Part shown: in pieces, positions 13,201-28,200 of the stretch
How positions within the stretch are numbered: position 1 is the stretch's first letter
Layout of the letters: each line of letters opens with the position of its first letter
NCBI GenBank assembly: GCA_030141605.1
Contig: JAQGDQ010000052.1
Coordinates: 62,001-126,000 of the forward strand
Length of the DNA: 64,000 nt
Source: Tubiluchus corallicola
Taxonomy: Eukaryota; Animalia; Priapulida
Direction: 5' to 3'
Position numbers and translations under genes: made by a program
The notes under the pieces: generated by a model
The model's input: the letters and a program-made list of their open reading frames with translations, nothing else
What the model was told of the DNA's origin: nothing
Database searches by the model: none

Positions 13201-16200
13201 AGATCTGATCTTGTCAACAAAAAACTTGAAGCAAAGTGGGTGCTTCCACGAGCTACTATTGAAGTTTGAAAATACAAGTTTTTCTGCAATTGCAGTACTA
13301 GTTTCTAGACAGAAAAGTGAGTAAGGAGCTATAAAATTAGATTTCTAGTATTTTTTTGGACATTTTCTTGATAATTTGATGCTGGAATATAAAAGTCCAA
13401 TATATTTAGCATTTGTTTCATAAAAAATAAAAAATTGACATTTGAACAAATTTTTGGTGCTTTCTACTTTGAGCATCATAACGTAGATTTAACTATGCTG
13501 ACTTATGGATGGTTTTCGGTTTGCAAGCACAGAAATGATGTAAAAGATTTGATAATTTAGCAGATCTATGAGTACGGTATAACTAAGCCGAAGCTGTGAT
13601 TAGAGTATAACATTCCATCAGGTGTTTATTCTCATAATGCCAGAGCTCTGAGTAAGCAAAAACGATAGAAAACAGTTTTTAATAGGCAAAACTGGATTTA
13701 CACATAACAAAACTATTCATCCATGCTTTGAACTGCAAAACAAATACCATTTGCTTGAATTTATGTATTAGTTTTATTTAGGCTTACATAGTATGTGTTT
13801 TGTTAGTGGTGTCGCTCTAGGTTATGCCAAAAGATTATAGTTGCTATTTCAAATACAAAAAGTATTATTTAAAACAAAATGCAACAAAACAGATTTATAT
13901 TTGTGGCAAAACTACATTATTTCAATGTAATCTTTTGCATTTAGCACTATTTACAAATGAGCTGCATCTCAAAAACCAAAAATATTTATATTATTTTATT
14001 CTACTTTATTTTTTACAGCTGCCAATTTTAGACTATCGGTATTTGGAAGGACATCGTCATCTAAGATTAGCAAGGGTTATACTGTGCATTTTGACCCAAG
14101 CATACATTTGGCAAGATGGTGATGAGGGTGTGCCACAGGTTAGGATTCTTGTGATTCTAATTTTTAATGGAGCTTATAAAGTTTTTGTCGTTTTTTTGCA
14201 ATTACCTTTTTTAATTTTTGCAGTATAGTGCCAAACAATAATGATGAAAAAGTGACATTTTTAGCAAGAATTAACATACACAATGTAGTAACTGTACAAC
14301 GATAATTGTAAAGAAGTTTATAAATGTCTGGCAACATAAAATACATGCCAATTAAAATAAAATTTTGAGTAGTAGTGCTGCATTCTGGTTTGTAGAATGT
14401 TGAAAGTTATAAAAACAAAGTCATAGTTGAAAAAGTTTAAGACAGTGTGGCTTGACATTGTGCAGAATACAGAAAACTGACTTGCAAACCAAATTTGATT
14501 TCTTTTAGTCTTTCCAAAGTGAAATAATTGTAAGCCTAGCTGAAGCTAACCTGAACTATGACGCTGTTGCAAATCATAGCCACTAGCCAGTGTCAACCAA
14601 ATGCACAGAATATGGCTGGCATATTGTTTGAATTCGAAAATATGAATGCTAGTGTTATATAAAATGTCCCAAAAATAAACACAAGGCTAAAGTTTGTTTA
14701 AACAATTCCAAACTGATTAGCAGAACCTGGTTATTTTCAATATGTTCCAGGATGAATAGGGAGTTGTAGTGTGCATTTGTACTGTCAGAAGTGCCATTTA
14801 TCGTGTGTTAAGCAGCAATGACCAAATCATTTTTTTAAAACAACAATAAAAAATCATGTAATTATAGTATCAAATGACTTGCAGGTTAATATTAGTACCA
14901 GGCATTGCAAATGAGACCTTTTTTCACCAGTTTTAAATAGCGCGTTTGTAATGTGTTTTACAGGTTTTGCCTAAGAGCTTAGCTGTACCATTTTATGCAA
15001 TTGCTGAGCTTCTTGGCTGGCCTCCTATTATTACTAATGCGGACATGATCTGTAATTATGCAAAAATTGATGCTAACGGGTAATGCTTTTACAAATCATT
15101 AATTTACGTTTTAAACTCTTGTCATTTCTGAACTCAAGCAACTACACCTTCAAACATCAATTATTCTGCTTGGTTAGCCTTCAAAAGATGTGCAAAAAAA
15201 AGGTGCTGAAAATTGTAATCTCTGACGCTTATCTGTTTTCCATACTGCTGTATGACTATGAGCAGTATAGCAATGTTTGCCATCAGTGTTTCACTGTAGT
15301 TTACTTTATAAGACTGCTGTATTATTTGGGCACTCAGCTAATTGCAACAAAGTGAGCTTCGTGTTATCGTTATATTTGTGAGCTGCCATAAGTTTGATTT
15401 TATGAAAGATTTATTCAAGGAGCACATGATAGGTTTACTAGTTAATAAGTCAAAGATTTTTTTTATTTGAATATAATGTGTGTTTTGGCCCATGATTTGC
15501 ATTATTATCATTTGATGATAATTGATTACAGAATTATCAAGAATCTGTCTGCCGTCCAATGTAAACTGAGGTGTAATTTATTAAAAGCTGTTATGTGTAG
15601 CTGTGATCATTTTTATTCAGTGTGATCTAGCTCAGAATATTTAAATAAATAAAAACTGTTTGAATGGAAACTGCATCTATATTGTTCATGTCATTTTTAG
15701 TCTTCATATGTATAATGCATTTAGAATGTATTTTTTCTTTTTTTGGTGTTGTGCTGTCAATTATGGCTGTACTACTTCCGAATGCAGTCCTTTAGAACTA
15801 AGGTAAGTAGATTTCATTGGTTTACAGTTTTATATATCACAGCGTCATTTCACGAGAAAAATCAAGTTCCAGGCGTTCTTCTATAAACCACCCAGTTCTA
15901 GGTTCCTCTTATATAATCACCAAGAAAAAGTTAACAGTATCAGAAAATCTTAGTTGGAGCATTTTCTGTCTGTTTTTATGTAAATGAAACTTCACAAAGT
16001 ACTCTGTTTTTGACTTTTAACAAAATTTGAATGAAAAAGAACAATAAATAAACAATAAATTTGAACAAGACAGCCCAACCTACATGAGAATATTGTCGCA
16101 GGTTAAGCAGCACAAGAGATATTGTTGTATATGCTGAAAATAATTGGCTGTATCCGCTGGCATTGTGATATTAAATTAGACTGTTCAATGAACTTCAATC

Positions 16201-19200
16201 AGCTGAGCTAATGTTACTATTCTCTGGGCATGATTTTGCACTAGAACATTTTCTTTAATGTCTGCCCAGCGCATGGACTGCAAATGATTTGCTCTAGCGT
16301 ATATTCTGAGTAATTTTCTATAACATTTGTGGATTAACAACATAGTGTTCTATTTCTTCATCGACAAACTTTTTTCTGAAACTGGCGCGTGATTTCCCAT
16401 TCTACCTTCCAATGCCTTTTTAATCGTAGCCCACACCGTTGATGGCTTTTTATACCAAGTTGCCATGCTAGGCACAAGTAGTCCTTTACTACATAATACA
16501 AAAATGTGTTGATTGGTTTCGTGGGAAATTTGTTAATAAACCATAATGTCTTAATTATTATATGCTCAAAATAAGTAATTGGTTCATCATTAATTAAATT
16601 AATGTTTTAGCATTGCATTAATGAACTATTTTCTGTCAACAAATATTGTCTATTTTAAGATTCTATTGTTTTCTTTAACTGCAACATCATTACGCAAAGA
16701 TAACATGGTATTTATGAACAACTTTATAAAATTATTTTCGCAGAATAGCGATTTTGGTCCTTCACAATTTTAAGTTTAACATTCTTCGTCTTTGCCACAT
16801 TCATATTTGAGATGCCAATATGTGAGTCATATTTGACCTAACATGTGTCTATGTTTCATTTTCCAAAGATGCTTACGATTTGCTGGAAACCATTGTTAAT
16901 ACATTTGAACTACCTAAATGTACATTTGAGTTACCGTACGTCTACATTTGACGTGTAAAACCTGTACACAATTTTTTTAAGCTTACCTATGAAGAAATGA
17001 AACTGAAGCATGTTTATAACTTCTATGTAATATTATTTTTCTCCCGAAGTTTTCTTTATCTTTTTTCTTTTTTGATCTGCTTGTTGTGTGTAATAATTCC
17101 TTTCCTTAATTTCCAAACGGTGTATGTCATCATGTATAGAAGATGTTTTTGATTTAGTCATGTACAATGCATGAAGCTTCTATATTTTCAAGTGAAGGAT
17201 CTTGACTTGGTCAGTTTTCCTTCATGGCTTGTTTTAATCCTGAAAGATAACAAAAACAATGTTATAATTATAGAAAAAAATCAGGTTAAATTGAAATATT
17301 CTGATTGTTATACAATATCCTTTTTCTTGCAGGAACCTGCGTATTTTGTACAAGCTCAAGGGTGGTAGGAACTTTGATTGGTTCATGCTTATTCCTCTGC
17401 AAATGGAATTTGACTTTGCTAAACACGTACTTTCGGTAAGTAATTTTAAGGTTTAATTGATTGTGATATTGTTTATTTGTTTCTAGTTCTTTGTAAAAAT
17501 GTCTGAGTCTAGAAAATCGAGTGCCTCTTTGCTGTAATGGTTAGCATAGTTACTTGGAATGAATAAAGTCTTGGGCTTGAGTCCCAGTGAAGATGCAAAA
17601 TTTTTCTGTCTTTCTAATTTAATATTACTTTCATGCATTTATTCAGTTTTATTGGATATGCTATATGTTCTTTAAAGACACAATGTGTTTTGAAGGCTGT
17701 CTTAAGTCTCTTGAGTCATTCGACCTTAGAACTGTGCCAGTGGGTTGGATGATAAATTACTACTAGAATTGGGTGAAATCTATTTAGAATAACTGAGAAA
17801 AAAATGAATTAACTCAAGAAAGCTGCTGATCGGCACATGATAAAATTTCCTCTAGTTAGTTTCAAACTTTGGCTGTTTTAATTATTGTGACTGAATAAAC
17901 AGCTTATTGTAAATTGTTCTTAAAGTTAATCAAAATGAAACACTGTTTGACTTTTCAAAAATGAACAATAATTTGAAATGTATATGGTGGCCAAAAATTT
18001 TTGTACGTAATTTGTGCCTGAGTTACCGTATATACTCGCATATATGCCGAATTTAGAACTATAAAATACAATACTGAAATCAGGGGGTCGACTTATATGC
18101 GCATGAAACAAAATGAACACAAGGACAGACACTAATGCCAATTTTCCAGCCACACATTTTCATCGCTATCTGACTCTGGGTTTTCAAAAGTATGTTATTG
18201 ATCAAAGAAAGGCTGGTGACAAAATATTTTCTTCTTTAATCATATCAAAATGTATAATTTCTTCTATTTCTTCTAGTTTGTAACATAAAAGTAAGCATTT
18301 TACATCTTTATAGTAAAAAATTTCTATGAACTAAAAATACCCAATTAACAAAATGTGACAAAAAGGGATCAATTTTGTTGATTGGGTATGGAGTAAAATT
18401 AGACAAGTTGATGGTCGGCTTATATACGGGTTTTTGCAAAAACTGGCCATTTTAAAGCAGTTTTAGGGGGTCGGCTTATATGCGATGTAGGCTTATATGC
18501 GAGTATATACGGTAGATGCATCATGTATAGCCAGTAAATTGTAGTTGTTGCTGTAGTTAACTCAAGCATTGCAAGTTTTTGTTTCTCAAAGTGTTTCGTA
18601 TTTTTGCTATAGCCTCAACGAATTTTCCTTTCTTGCATAAAAGCAATTTCAAAAGAATGTAAAATTTTTGACAAATTCTACCAATTTACTTTTGACTTTC
18701 TTTGTGTAGCTATAGATTTGACTTTCATTCTAATCAGGAGCTGGTTTCTATATTGACACTTGTAAAAAATGAAGTTGTATATGGCTTTCTAATGTTTAAG
18801 CGGTCCAGGAGAATGCGAGCATTATATGAAAATAATACTAATATACTAAATTACTACTAGTGTGTTTTCCATTTTTTGCTAGAATTTATTTTCCTTAGAA
18901 TCAAATTAAATCCAAGTTTTTCTGTTGATGCAAAAAATGAAGGCTTATGCTATTTCAGTATTAATTTAGATCAGTATTAATAGCAAGATCTCCATAATAG
19001 ATTTAATTCCATTTTTCATTAGGAAGTAGTAGTTTCTTTGAAAGTAGCAAATGTAGTATCAAAACATACTGTAAATACTGCATTCTTTTAGTTTGCACAT
19101 TGTTGCCGTACTGCCTGGTTAAAGAAATGAGTAGGGCTGCTTAAACATAGTTTATAGAAATAAGTGTAATTTGTTAAAGTACATAAACTTGTAGCTAGAA

Positions 19201-22200
19201 GAAAAGATTGGCTGGTTGTCAAATTATGGGGTGCATATATATATATATATATATATATTAATGGTAACCGCCTCTTCACAAAGTGACCATGTTTGTTCAA
19301 GGTAATTGGTTATTGCTCAAACATGTAAGCCAATAATTTTCTATTATCAATGCAAAAACGTGGTAATGAAACACTAGCAGCTGTGACATTGGAAAACATA
19401 ACGTGATTAAACAAAATGGATTATTAGGTAACTACCTTGTTGTTTAGTACAAATGACACAATTGTTCTTTCTTTTTATGTGCTACACTATATTGACGTAA
19501 GCGTTATAATGTACATAATAGAAAGGCGATTATAGTAACCTCTTGTATATCACTACTATGCAGTAGGAAGCCAAGAAAGTGGCAATGTGTATATGATGCA
19601 CTGTTGCTTCTGTTGATTTGCTATGCAACTTTAGCTAAACTTTAGTTGCCAACAATGAAGACAAGAGCTTTTTCAGTCATAGATGATAGACAAATATAAG
19701 AGATTATACGAAACGAGTCTGTTATCTGTTATAACTATTATTTTGACATGTTGCGATACTCAAGTAGCTAACAAGTGGACAAACTGGCAGCAGCATCAGA
19801 TAATTGCATATTTTGTGGATTTTACGTATTTGTAAATGGATGACGAAACCTTCATGGATCGAAATGACACTGAGAAAACTGACATTGTAACATTGTTCAA
19901 CAATACTAACGTATCTGATGTCACTCAGTCAAGCAGACAAATTGACGGCATAAACTATTTTCAAATCACTCTTTTGGTGATAATATTTGTGATTGCAACA
20001 CCAGGCAATTCTTTAGTGCTGTTAGCAGTTTATCGAACACGGCAGCTGAGGACAAAAACAAACTCATTAATTGCTTCACTTGCTGTTACTGATGTGATTG
20101 TCGGTGTAGCTTCATTTTTTCATGCTGTGCAATGTGGAATTTACAGTGCAGGGTTGCAGTGCTCATTAAGCAGTGTGTATCATTTAAGTGATGCTCCGTA
20201 TTCAATATTTTTTTACCTAATAGAACCGTTGTATATATTTAGTGTAAATGCAAGTATTTACCATATCATTGGTATTGCAATAGAGCGGTATATAGCCATC
20301 ATATATCCATTGCAATATAACACGTGTGTAACTGAAAAATCTATTAAGTATGCTATATTTACAATGTGGGCAATGTCGTTGTTATACTCGTTACTGTCCA
20401 TTATGTTATTTAATTTGTTTGATTCAATTATAGCTGTTGTAGTAGACATAGTATGTTGTTATCTGATACCACTTGTAATGACTATTGTAATTTACATAAA
20501 GATATGGAATGTTGCACAAAAACAGATGCGCAGAATACATGATAATGAATTTCGCACGACAGGATTAATTAGTAGAAGAAAGATTCGAGCAACTGTAATG
20601 ATGGCTGTAGTGACATGTGCTTTCATGTGCTGCTGGCTCCCTTATTATGTTGACTCATTCAACATCATTATCTATCGTGGAGCTTGGCATATTAAACTTA
20701 TATATGCAAGTATAGGTACATTCAACAGCTGCTTGAATCCCTTTATATACACAATATATAGTTCTCAATTCAGAAAAGCTTTTACACAAATTCTAGCCAG
20801 GCAAGATGCATCAAGTGTAAGTTAGGCAAATGCAGTGTTATCCAGAGCCTGTGTTGTAAGTAAAAGTGAAGGAACAAAGCAGAAGAAAGGAAAAGAATAG
20901 TATAATGTAAGTCAAGGTAAAAGAAAGGAGGAAAAGGACACAAGAGAAACATCAAGTGAAAAGAACTCCACTGGGCTGTACCGAAAGAGAGTGAAGAAAA
21001 TGCTGAAATTAGGCATCAATTGTTCATTGCCCTGTCAATAACATAGTATCTCTCAGCTGAATAGCAATGATACCTATGTTTAAAATATGCTGCACACTTT
21101 TGTGAAAAGCAAACTAATATTGAGATTTTTCTAAATGAATTGATAAATGAGGCAGTAATGTTAGAAATTTGAAAGCATCAGATTTATGTATCACATCTTT
21201 GTATCACCTTGTTCAAGTTACAGTGTTGTGATACTCTTATACCTTTATCTTTGGGCTCTTCTTAAGACTAAACCTTATTTTGCCCATACATGACATCACT
21301 TAAAAATATCTTTTTCTTATGATAGTAACTGTGATTCTAGATGTATAGTTAATTTAATTTATGACTCGGGCACCATTTTACTCGAAATATTAATAATTTC
21401 AAGCACTACTTGGTAATGTCTTTGGTAATACATGTAATGTAACAGTTAGTGAAATGTAACATTTTAGTGAAAATTACGTTGTGGGTAGGTTAATCGATAC
21501 GTAAAAATATTGGACAAAAATGAAAATCGATTTCATTTTTAAAATGCTTTTTCTTTTTTAACATCATTTTTTGTTAGTAGATTTTTCTGTTTAATATCAG
21601 TGTTGTATTACTGCTTACATGCCAGTTTAACCCCTTGCTGATCTAGGCTGGTTGGGCCTATTCGTTAAGGCAATTTGTTACTATTGTTGAATTAAATTAG
21701 TTGCTTAGAATTAACTCCTGCATAAATATTGTCGCTGGTTTCATATTTCATAGTTAGTTCCTATTTTGATTGGACTCATTGTTTTATGACTTCCAATCTT
21801 GTATACCTGTGCATGGTTTCCTTCTTTTATTTGTGTATTCGTTTGTTGCTTCAAGTACATATTGATAATAAAAATAAGTGGATCAGCAGAGCTGTGCAGT
21901 GTCTATTCATTCAAAGTCAATGGTCATTTGAAACAAATAAAATTTCAAATCTGTCAAATATTACTGTAGGCTGTATGCCACAAACAGGTGGTAATTTATA
22001 TCTTATAGATTTTGAAGTACAACTACTATCTTGATAAGTAAATTGATTGCAAAATATTTGGCAGTAGCCAAAGGTTCAATTTAGGTGTATCAATTAGTTA
22101 TCAAGGGAAACTGTAAAGCAGATTCATTTTGGTTTATCGTGATATATAGGTTCATCCAAAAAAGAATTACTTACAAATTCTTTAATACAACAAAAATTTC

Positions 22201-25200
22201 ACGAGAAAATGGCATAAAAATTTAACAGAATTACTATGAATATAAATATATAGTTTATATACAAGAAAAAATTGAATTGAGTTGTAAGTTTTATAGTTCC
22301 ATAGAGCAATTTCTCTAAGTTATGTAGAAAAAGCAACTATTAGAGGCTAGGTTTTGTTTTTATTTAAAGAGTAAATGCTGGGAAAAATTCCTTTTCTTTG
22401 TTATTGAATTACAATTTTAAATATCACAGCAAAGTCAGGACAAATAAAATATAAAAGCTACAACCAAATTTTTATTGTATGTATAATATATATATATATT
22501 CCCCGTTATTCTGTTAAATTTTTATGCTTTTTCGATGTATAATTCGCGCTTTATTAAAGAATTGGCAGGTAATGTTTTTATTCCAGACGACCTAGTAGTC
22601 CTCCAGTATATAAACACTGCATATGTTGCAAACTTGTAACATACATTTTAGTTGAGGTCTCTTGGTCAAATTTATTGGTTTTCGTCACTGTCTGTAAGCA
22701 TTGCTCTGGATATGTGTTGATATTTCACAAAATAATACCATGTAATAACATAAAATAATAACAAAATTTTATGTTGTTGTTGACACTTAGTATTATAAAT
22801 TGGACAGGATTTGTTGGATGCTCAAAATGCTGCCACAAGGGGGGATGCATCAGCATTAACGACTGCACTACAGGCTTTTGCAAGGGGCATTAAAGTTATG
22901 TCTCAAACTTTCTGCAGAATTCATGGTGAGTCATAAGTTGAAGAAAATTTTTATCACAATAATGAGGTCATTGTTATATTGTAAAGCCATTTTAATGATA
23001 TCATGCGAACAGCACTGTTTACTGATTACATTTTTCATGATGCATATCAGTGCATTTCATATGGGTGAAACTACGCTATTTTTAAGCTGTCTCAAAAGAA
23101 AGTCTTAATGAGGCTATTAGAAGTTTTGCCAGCATCATCTTCAACAGTATAGCTTCTGATAATGATACTGCTGTGGCAGACAGAAGAACAACGTGTGCCA
23201 CTTTTTAGAAAATGTGTTATGTACGACCTGTCTGGTCATAAAATATCGCGAAATTTCTGAAGTCGCATGCTGACAGGTATGGATATTGAATAATCAATTC
23301 TTTTCTTGCTGGTGATTGTTTATATCATAATTCTTTTAGTATTAACTTCTGTTTAGTTATTTTTATCTAATTCTGTTTTTGTTATGGTTAAGCATCAAAA
23401 CATTATGGTAGTGTGTTAGCAATGACTAGGACTTTTTTAATATGGATATACTCTTAAGTCTTTGCTTAAGGATTCCTATTAAGCAATGATTTATTTTAGT
23501 AACCTTTTGTTACCGTTTTGTGACCTTGTGGCAATTGTTATGTTTCTATAACTAATTTTCAAGCCTTAGTATAGGCACTGGATTTTTTGTTGTTCTGTTG
23601 GTGGTTTGATGCTTTATAAAGAAACTGTTATTTAAAAAAATTAGCTACTGTTTGCTGTAGAGGTTTATAGCAGGCTGTCAGACACTTGCTTACATGTCTG
23701 ACTCACTTGTTATTGCTTTTGACTGATCTCTGTCAACTGTGAAGACTGAAAATGATTTAAATAAGAAATGTTACAGAAAGCCCAGATTATTTTGACCTAC
23801 TGCTAAGCCAAGAAAACTAAAATTTAAAATCTAAATCTTCTCAAATTGCTAAAACTGCACAGTCATTACACACGTAATTTTATGCAAGAAATGTAAAGAA
23901 TGCAATGAAATTGAATTAATTAACAATTTTTTACCTTTTAATAACCAAATATGATGTATATATAAACAATAAAACTCGTGAAATAAAGATTCATTGCACA
24001 TATAGTTGTTGATTTTCGCTCCTAGAAAAGTCTCCATTTATTACATTATTTTCTCCTGGAAGTGTGTCTGTATTTAGCTAGCATTTGCGTAATATGCCAT
24101 TTTATTGGCATGCTTTGCTTCATTAATAGAGGGCTCATCAAACTCCGTGTTGTTTATACAATAACTTCTAATAAAAATGGTTTACTTGCAGAGCACTGTG
24201 ATCCACTTGTCTTTTACAATGAATTTCGTCCATTCTTAGCAGGGTTAGTACAAATTTTTGTAGCAAAGTTGTTTCCGATATAAAAAAACTGTGACACACT
24301 ACCGTGCATTGATGCAAACTATAAAAGTAATCATCCAAAACAGTCTGTAATTCATTTGGTAGTAGCTAAAATATTTTCCATGTAAGAAAAATTAGGTTCT
24401 ATGGCCACCATACTCATTATATTTAGAATTAGTTTTGCAATTAATGATATAAAGTTATAGAGAATTTAAAGTTTTTTTCATAGTTCACAGCATAAGTCAG
24501 AATATAAGTACTGAATATATAAAAATTTGCACGCGACAGTACATTCGTTTTCTGTGTTTACACTTTTCAAAAATAAGTGATAGTGAAAATTGTGTTAATT
24601 TGATGGAATGATAAGTTCATTTAGGCTGGTGAACATTGAAGTTGATGAGCTCGAAGTGATGATGGCAGTGATACTGGTGGCAGTGGCGTGGTGATGGGAG
24701 AGAGGTTTAGAGGGGGCAATTGCAATAATGTATGCAAGGGTGCAACTTTGTGTAAATTGCACCAAAAAAAAGGAAGAAATAAAGTGACAAAAATGAAGGG
24801 AGCAAAAAATGCAAGGCAAAAATGGTTAGAAAATGTATATTATTTTTCAATTATTTGCACTGTCTTAATATTATAGTGATCATTTTGCTTCAAAATTCAT
24901 TGCTCTAGATTATTTCCAAGCTGAAATAATTTACTTTAAAATTGAAGTGTATGTTGCAACCACTGTAGTTATCAGAAAATCTAAGCTTGCCACAGTGAGC
25001 TTGTGATATTACAGTAGTGAAAAACTACGTGAATTCAGTACTAAAATTTCTGTACTTCAGTGTTTCGCCTGAAATATCAGCAAACTAATATTAATATCCA
25101 AGTGTATGTAAGACAAATTTTTAAATATCTTTTGCAGTTATACGTGATCAGTGACTAAAATAAATTGTAGTGTAACGGACTCCGAAGTTTGTCATAGGAC

Positions 25201-28200
25201 TTGCCAAACTTGTGATCAAAATATAAAAAGTACTGTATCAACAAAAATATATTTTGAATCATGTGAAAAAGTATTTCAAAACTGCTCATAAATGTCTTCA
25301 AAATGCCCACAAATGTAGGAAAAGCTTTTCGAACAATTATGGCTGTTTTGTCTTGACTATCACTAAACAGGATTTGCTATGAATTACCGTAGTGATTCTG
25401 TATGATATAGTAATTACTTATTAAGATTTGCAGTGTGTAACCTGAGATTCTGCATTACACAGTATCTTTCTGCTATAGCTTTTATTTCAAAAGCAAAATT
25501 TTTTGGCGATATTTGTGGTAGGCCTATTTTCTAACTCACTTTGCCAGTGAATGGTGAACTCTATTGATAGTTGTTTATTATGTAGGCAGGGTTTTATTTT
25601 TGTGATTTCTTTTACACTTAAATTGTAAATTCACTTTTTGCTTCAGATTTTGAGGTGCATACGTATGCATTGTATGTACATATTTGCACCATGATATAGA
25701 GTTCACATGTGCTGTTATATTCTATTTCCTAAAAAATGTTAAAAATAGGCATGATATACACCAACAGTTTTTTGACATTTAAAAAGGCTACTGCAGCTTA
25801 GTTTAAATCCCATTTTAGGCCTCTAAAATGCCTTGAATGCAGGAAATGCATCAGCGGGCAGGGGCTCTGCCCCGGATCCTGCTGGTGGAGCTTATAGTGT
25901 TTCCAAAGACCCTCTAGCTGGAATTTGGGTCTGCCTGCTTTGTGTAACGCCTTTCAAAATGCTATTGGATGGTGGTGTGTTGGTGATGGTGATGATGAAT
26001 TGATGATCATTATGATGATTTCATACATACACAACATGAAAAGTTGCTTAAGACTTGAAGTGCATGTTTGAAAACATTTTCTTTGATTTTTTGGAAGATA
26101 CTTAATCTTTATGTATATAAATTATAGAAAATTGGTTGTTGTTATTTAAATATTGCATGTGTTCTTATTCTTATATTTAGGTCAGATAGTAAAGCTTTTA
26201 AAAATGGTATAATTTTTGAAGGTGCATCAGATCAACCATTGAAGGTATTTAACTTTTTTCAAATTTATGTATCTATCCGTGTATTGTCCTCATTCCAACT
26301 TGACTTATAGCCACACGCTGGATATACAGCAACACATTGCAAGTAAAATTATTTGCAAAAAATGCATACAGTTTTTAAAATAATAAAAAACATGACTAAA
26401 ACGAACAGTTGGTTTAAAACGACAATCTCAAAATGTTATGTGTCATTTACATGTATTTTGTTATCATTAATAATAATAATAATAATAATAACAGCATCAT
26501 GTGTTTCTGGGGCATCACATTCATGGACATTTTTGTGTATATCAATCCTTTTTTGAAGACACTAAGTGCTTTGATATTTTAAGTGTATATGTTCATTTAG
26601 TATGTATTTCGCCAACATGATTACTAGAAAAGTTCTGTGTGGATGAACCACAGAAACTGTAGCAGTACATACTAGGGATGAGCATCGAATTCGAACGTTA
26701 TTCGATTCGAACCTGAAATTATAGATTCGAATAATTCAGCACTTGAACCACTAATGTTCTTTATCATTAAAACATTTTAAACATCATGCCATTAGTACAG
26801 TTTAGCTGTGATTTCTCCACACAATTTTCAAACAAATTATCAGTGGTTTTACTGCAGACAAAAATCGAGCAGTATGCATGATTTTTGTATTATCACTTTT
26901 TTCTGGCTGTTCGAAAACTTGTTCAAAAATCTTTCAAAACCCATACTAATTCGATGTGAATTCGAAATACTGAAATTCGGTTCGATTAGAATTCGCTTAT
27001 GGTAGAGAATGCTCACCCCTAGTACATGCCGCATTTTAAATCTGAATGAACTTGGCTAAAGCCAATTTTTAACTTACCCAAATGGTGTCTGATTTTAGTG
27101 ACCCTAGTGACCTGTTTTTGGAAATTTTGTGTTGTGAAATTGTTAAAAGAAGTGGAATGGGTATTTGGAAAAATGAAAATGTCATCCAAAACTTGATTAG
27201 CAAGAAGATACAATATTTCTAAGTGAAACAGTATTATGATGTGTAGTGTAATTATGAATTCCTTCCTGTGTTTTCCTATATTAGTTAACTATTTATTGTT
27301 TTGTCATTTTTAGCTCACAGGTGGCAGTGCTGCACAGTCCATGGTTTGGCATTGCATTGATGAAGCACTTGGCATAAAGCATGAAAAAGGTGAAGTTTTT
27401 ATGTTATTCATTGTTCTTTTCAAGCAGATTTGGTCTTAGTTTATGTTTTCTAAACATTTTTAAAAAAATGAGGCATTTGTGATGTGACAACATAAGCGAA
27501 CTTGTATATTTTTTTAGATTTATGACATACAGGTTTAAGTCTAGCTGAGAACAGTATTTTTGCTATTTAAGTCTTAAAATGATTCAAATATTTATGTTTC
27601 TGTGTATTCTGTATATTATTACACGCAGGTCCAGACGCATTTTTGCAGCGCATGAGAAATTTCGTTCCACCTAAGCACAAGGATTTTGTTGATGCTATTG
27701 CAGCAGTATCACCGTCCATACGGTCATGTGGTAAGCAATATTTTATTAAAGGTGTGATATGATTTTTTGAATGCAGTTAATTGTAATTTTTCTCAGTCTG
27801 TGGTTTCATTTTACAATTGTTACTATAATCATGTTTGTGTTTAGTGTTGCAGCAGAGTTCGAGTGCTTTGACTGAATCTTATAACGATTGTATAGCTGAA
27901 GTGGCACATTTCCGAAGTCTTCATATTCAAGTGGTTGCAAAGTGAGTTATTCTTGCATTATTGATGCCTTCTTGGAGGACCGAGATTCACTGAACTTTGC
28001 ACGTTTTATCCATATCCTTAAACATTTTTTATCAACAGACAGTGTTTTTAAAGCTTGTTTGCAATCTCCTAATTTTTAATTAAACTAACGGTAGCTTTTA
28101 GTTGTTTCTGTGTTGGACTGGAAGTGAAGATTTTATCCTGAAGCACAATGTTTTAGTGTTTGCTCATGGTGGCTTTGCAAACACTGCACAATTTGGAATC

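Noticed and set aside
13194-13230. cctgacgaagatctgatc as a possible hammerhead core
   Set aside because: There is no GAAA and no credible stems I and III.
16979-17030. KLTYEEMKL, resembling human IDO1 PLTYENM, as a possible alternative exon 5
   Set aside because: The acceptor gives phase 0 where phase 2 is needed, and the phase-2 frame stops quickly. The micro-exon at 15788 fits properly.
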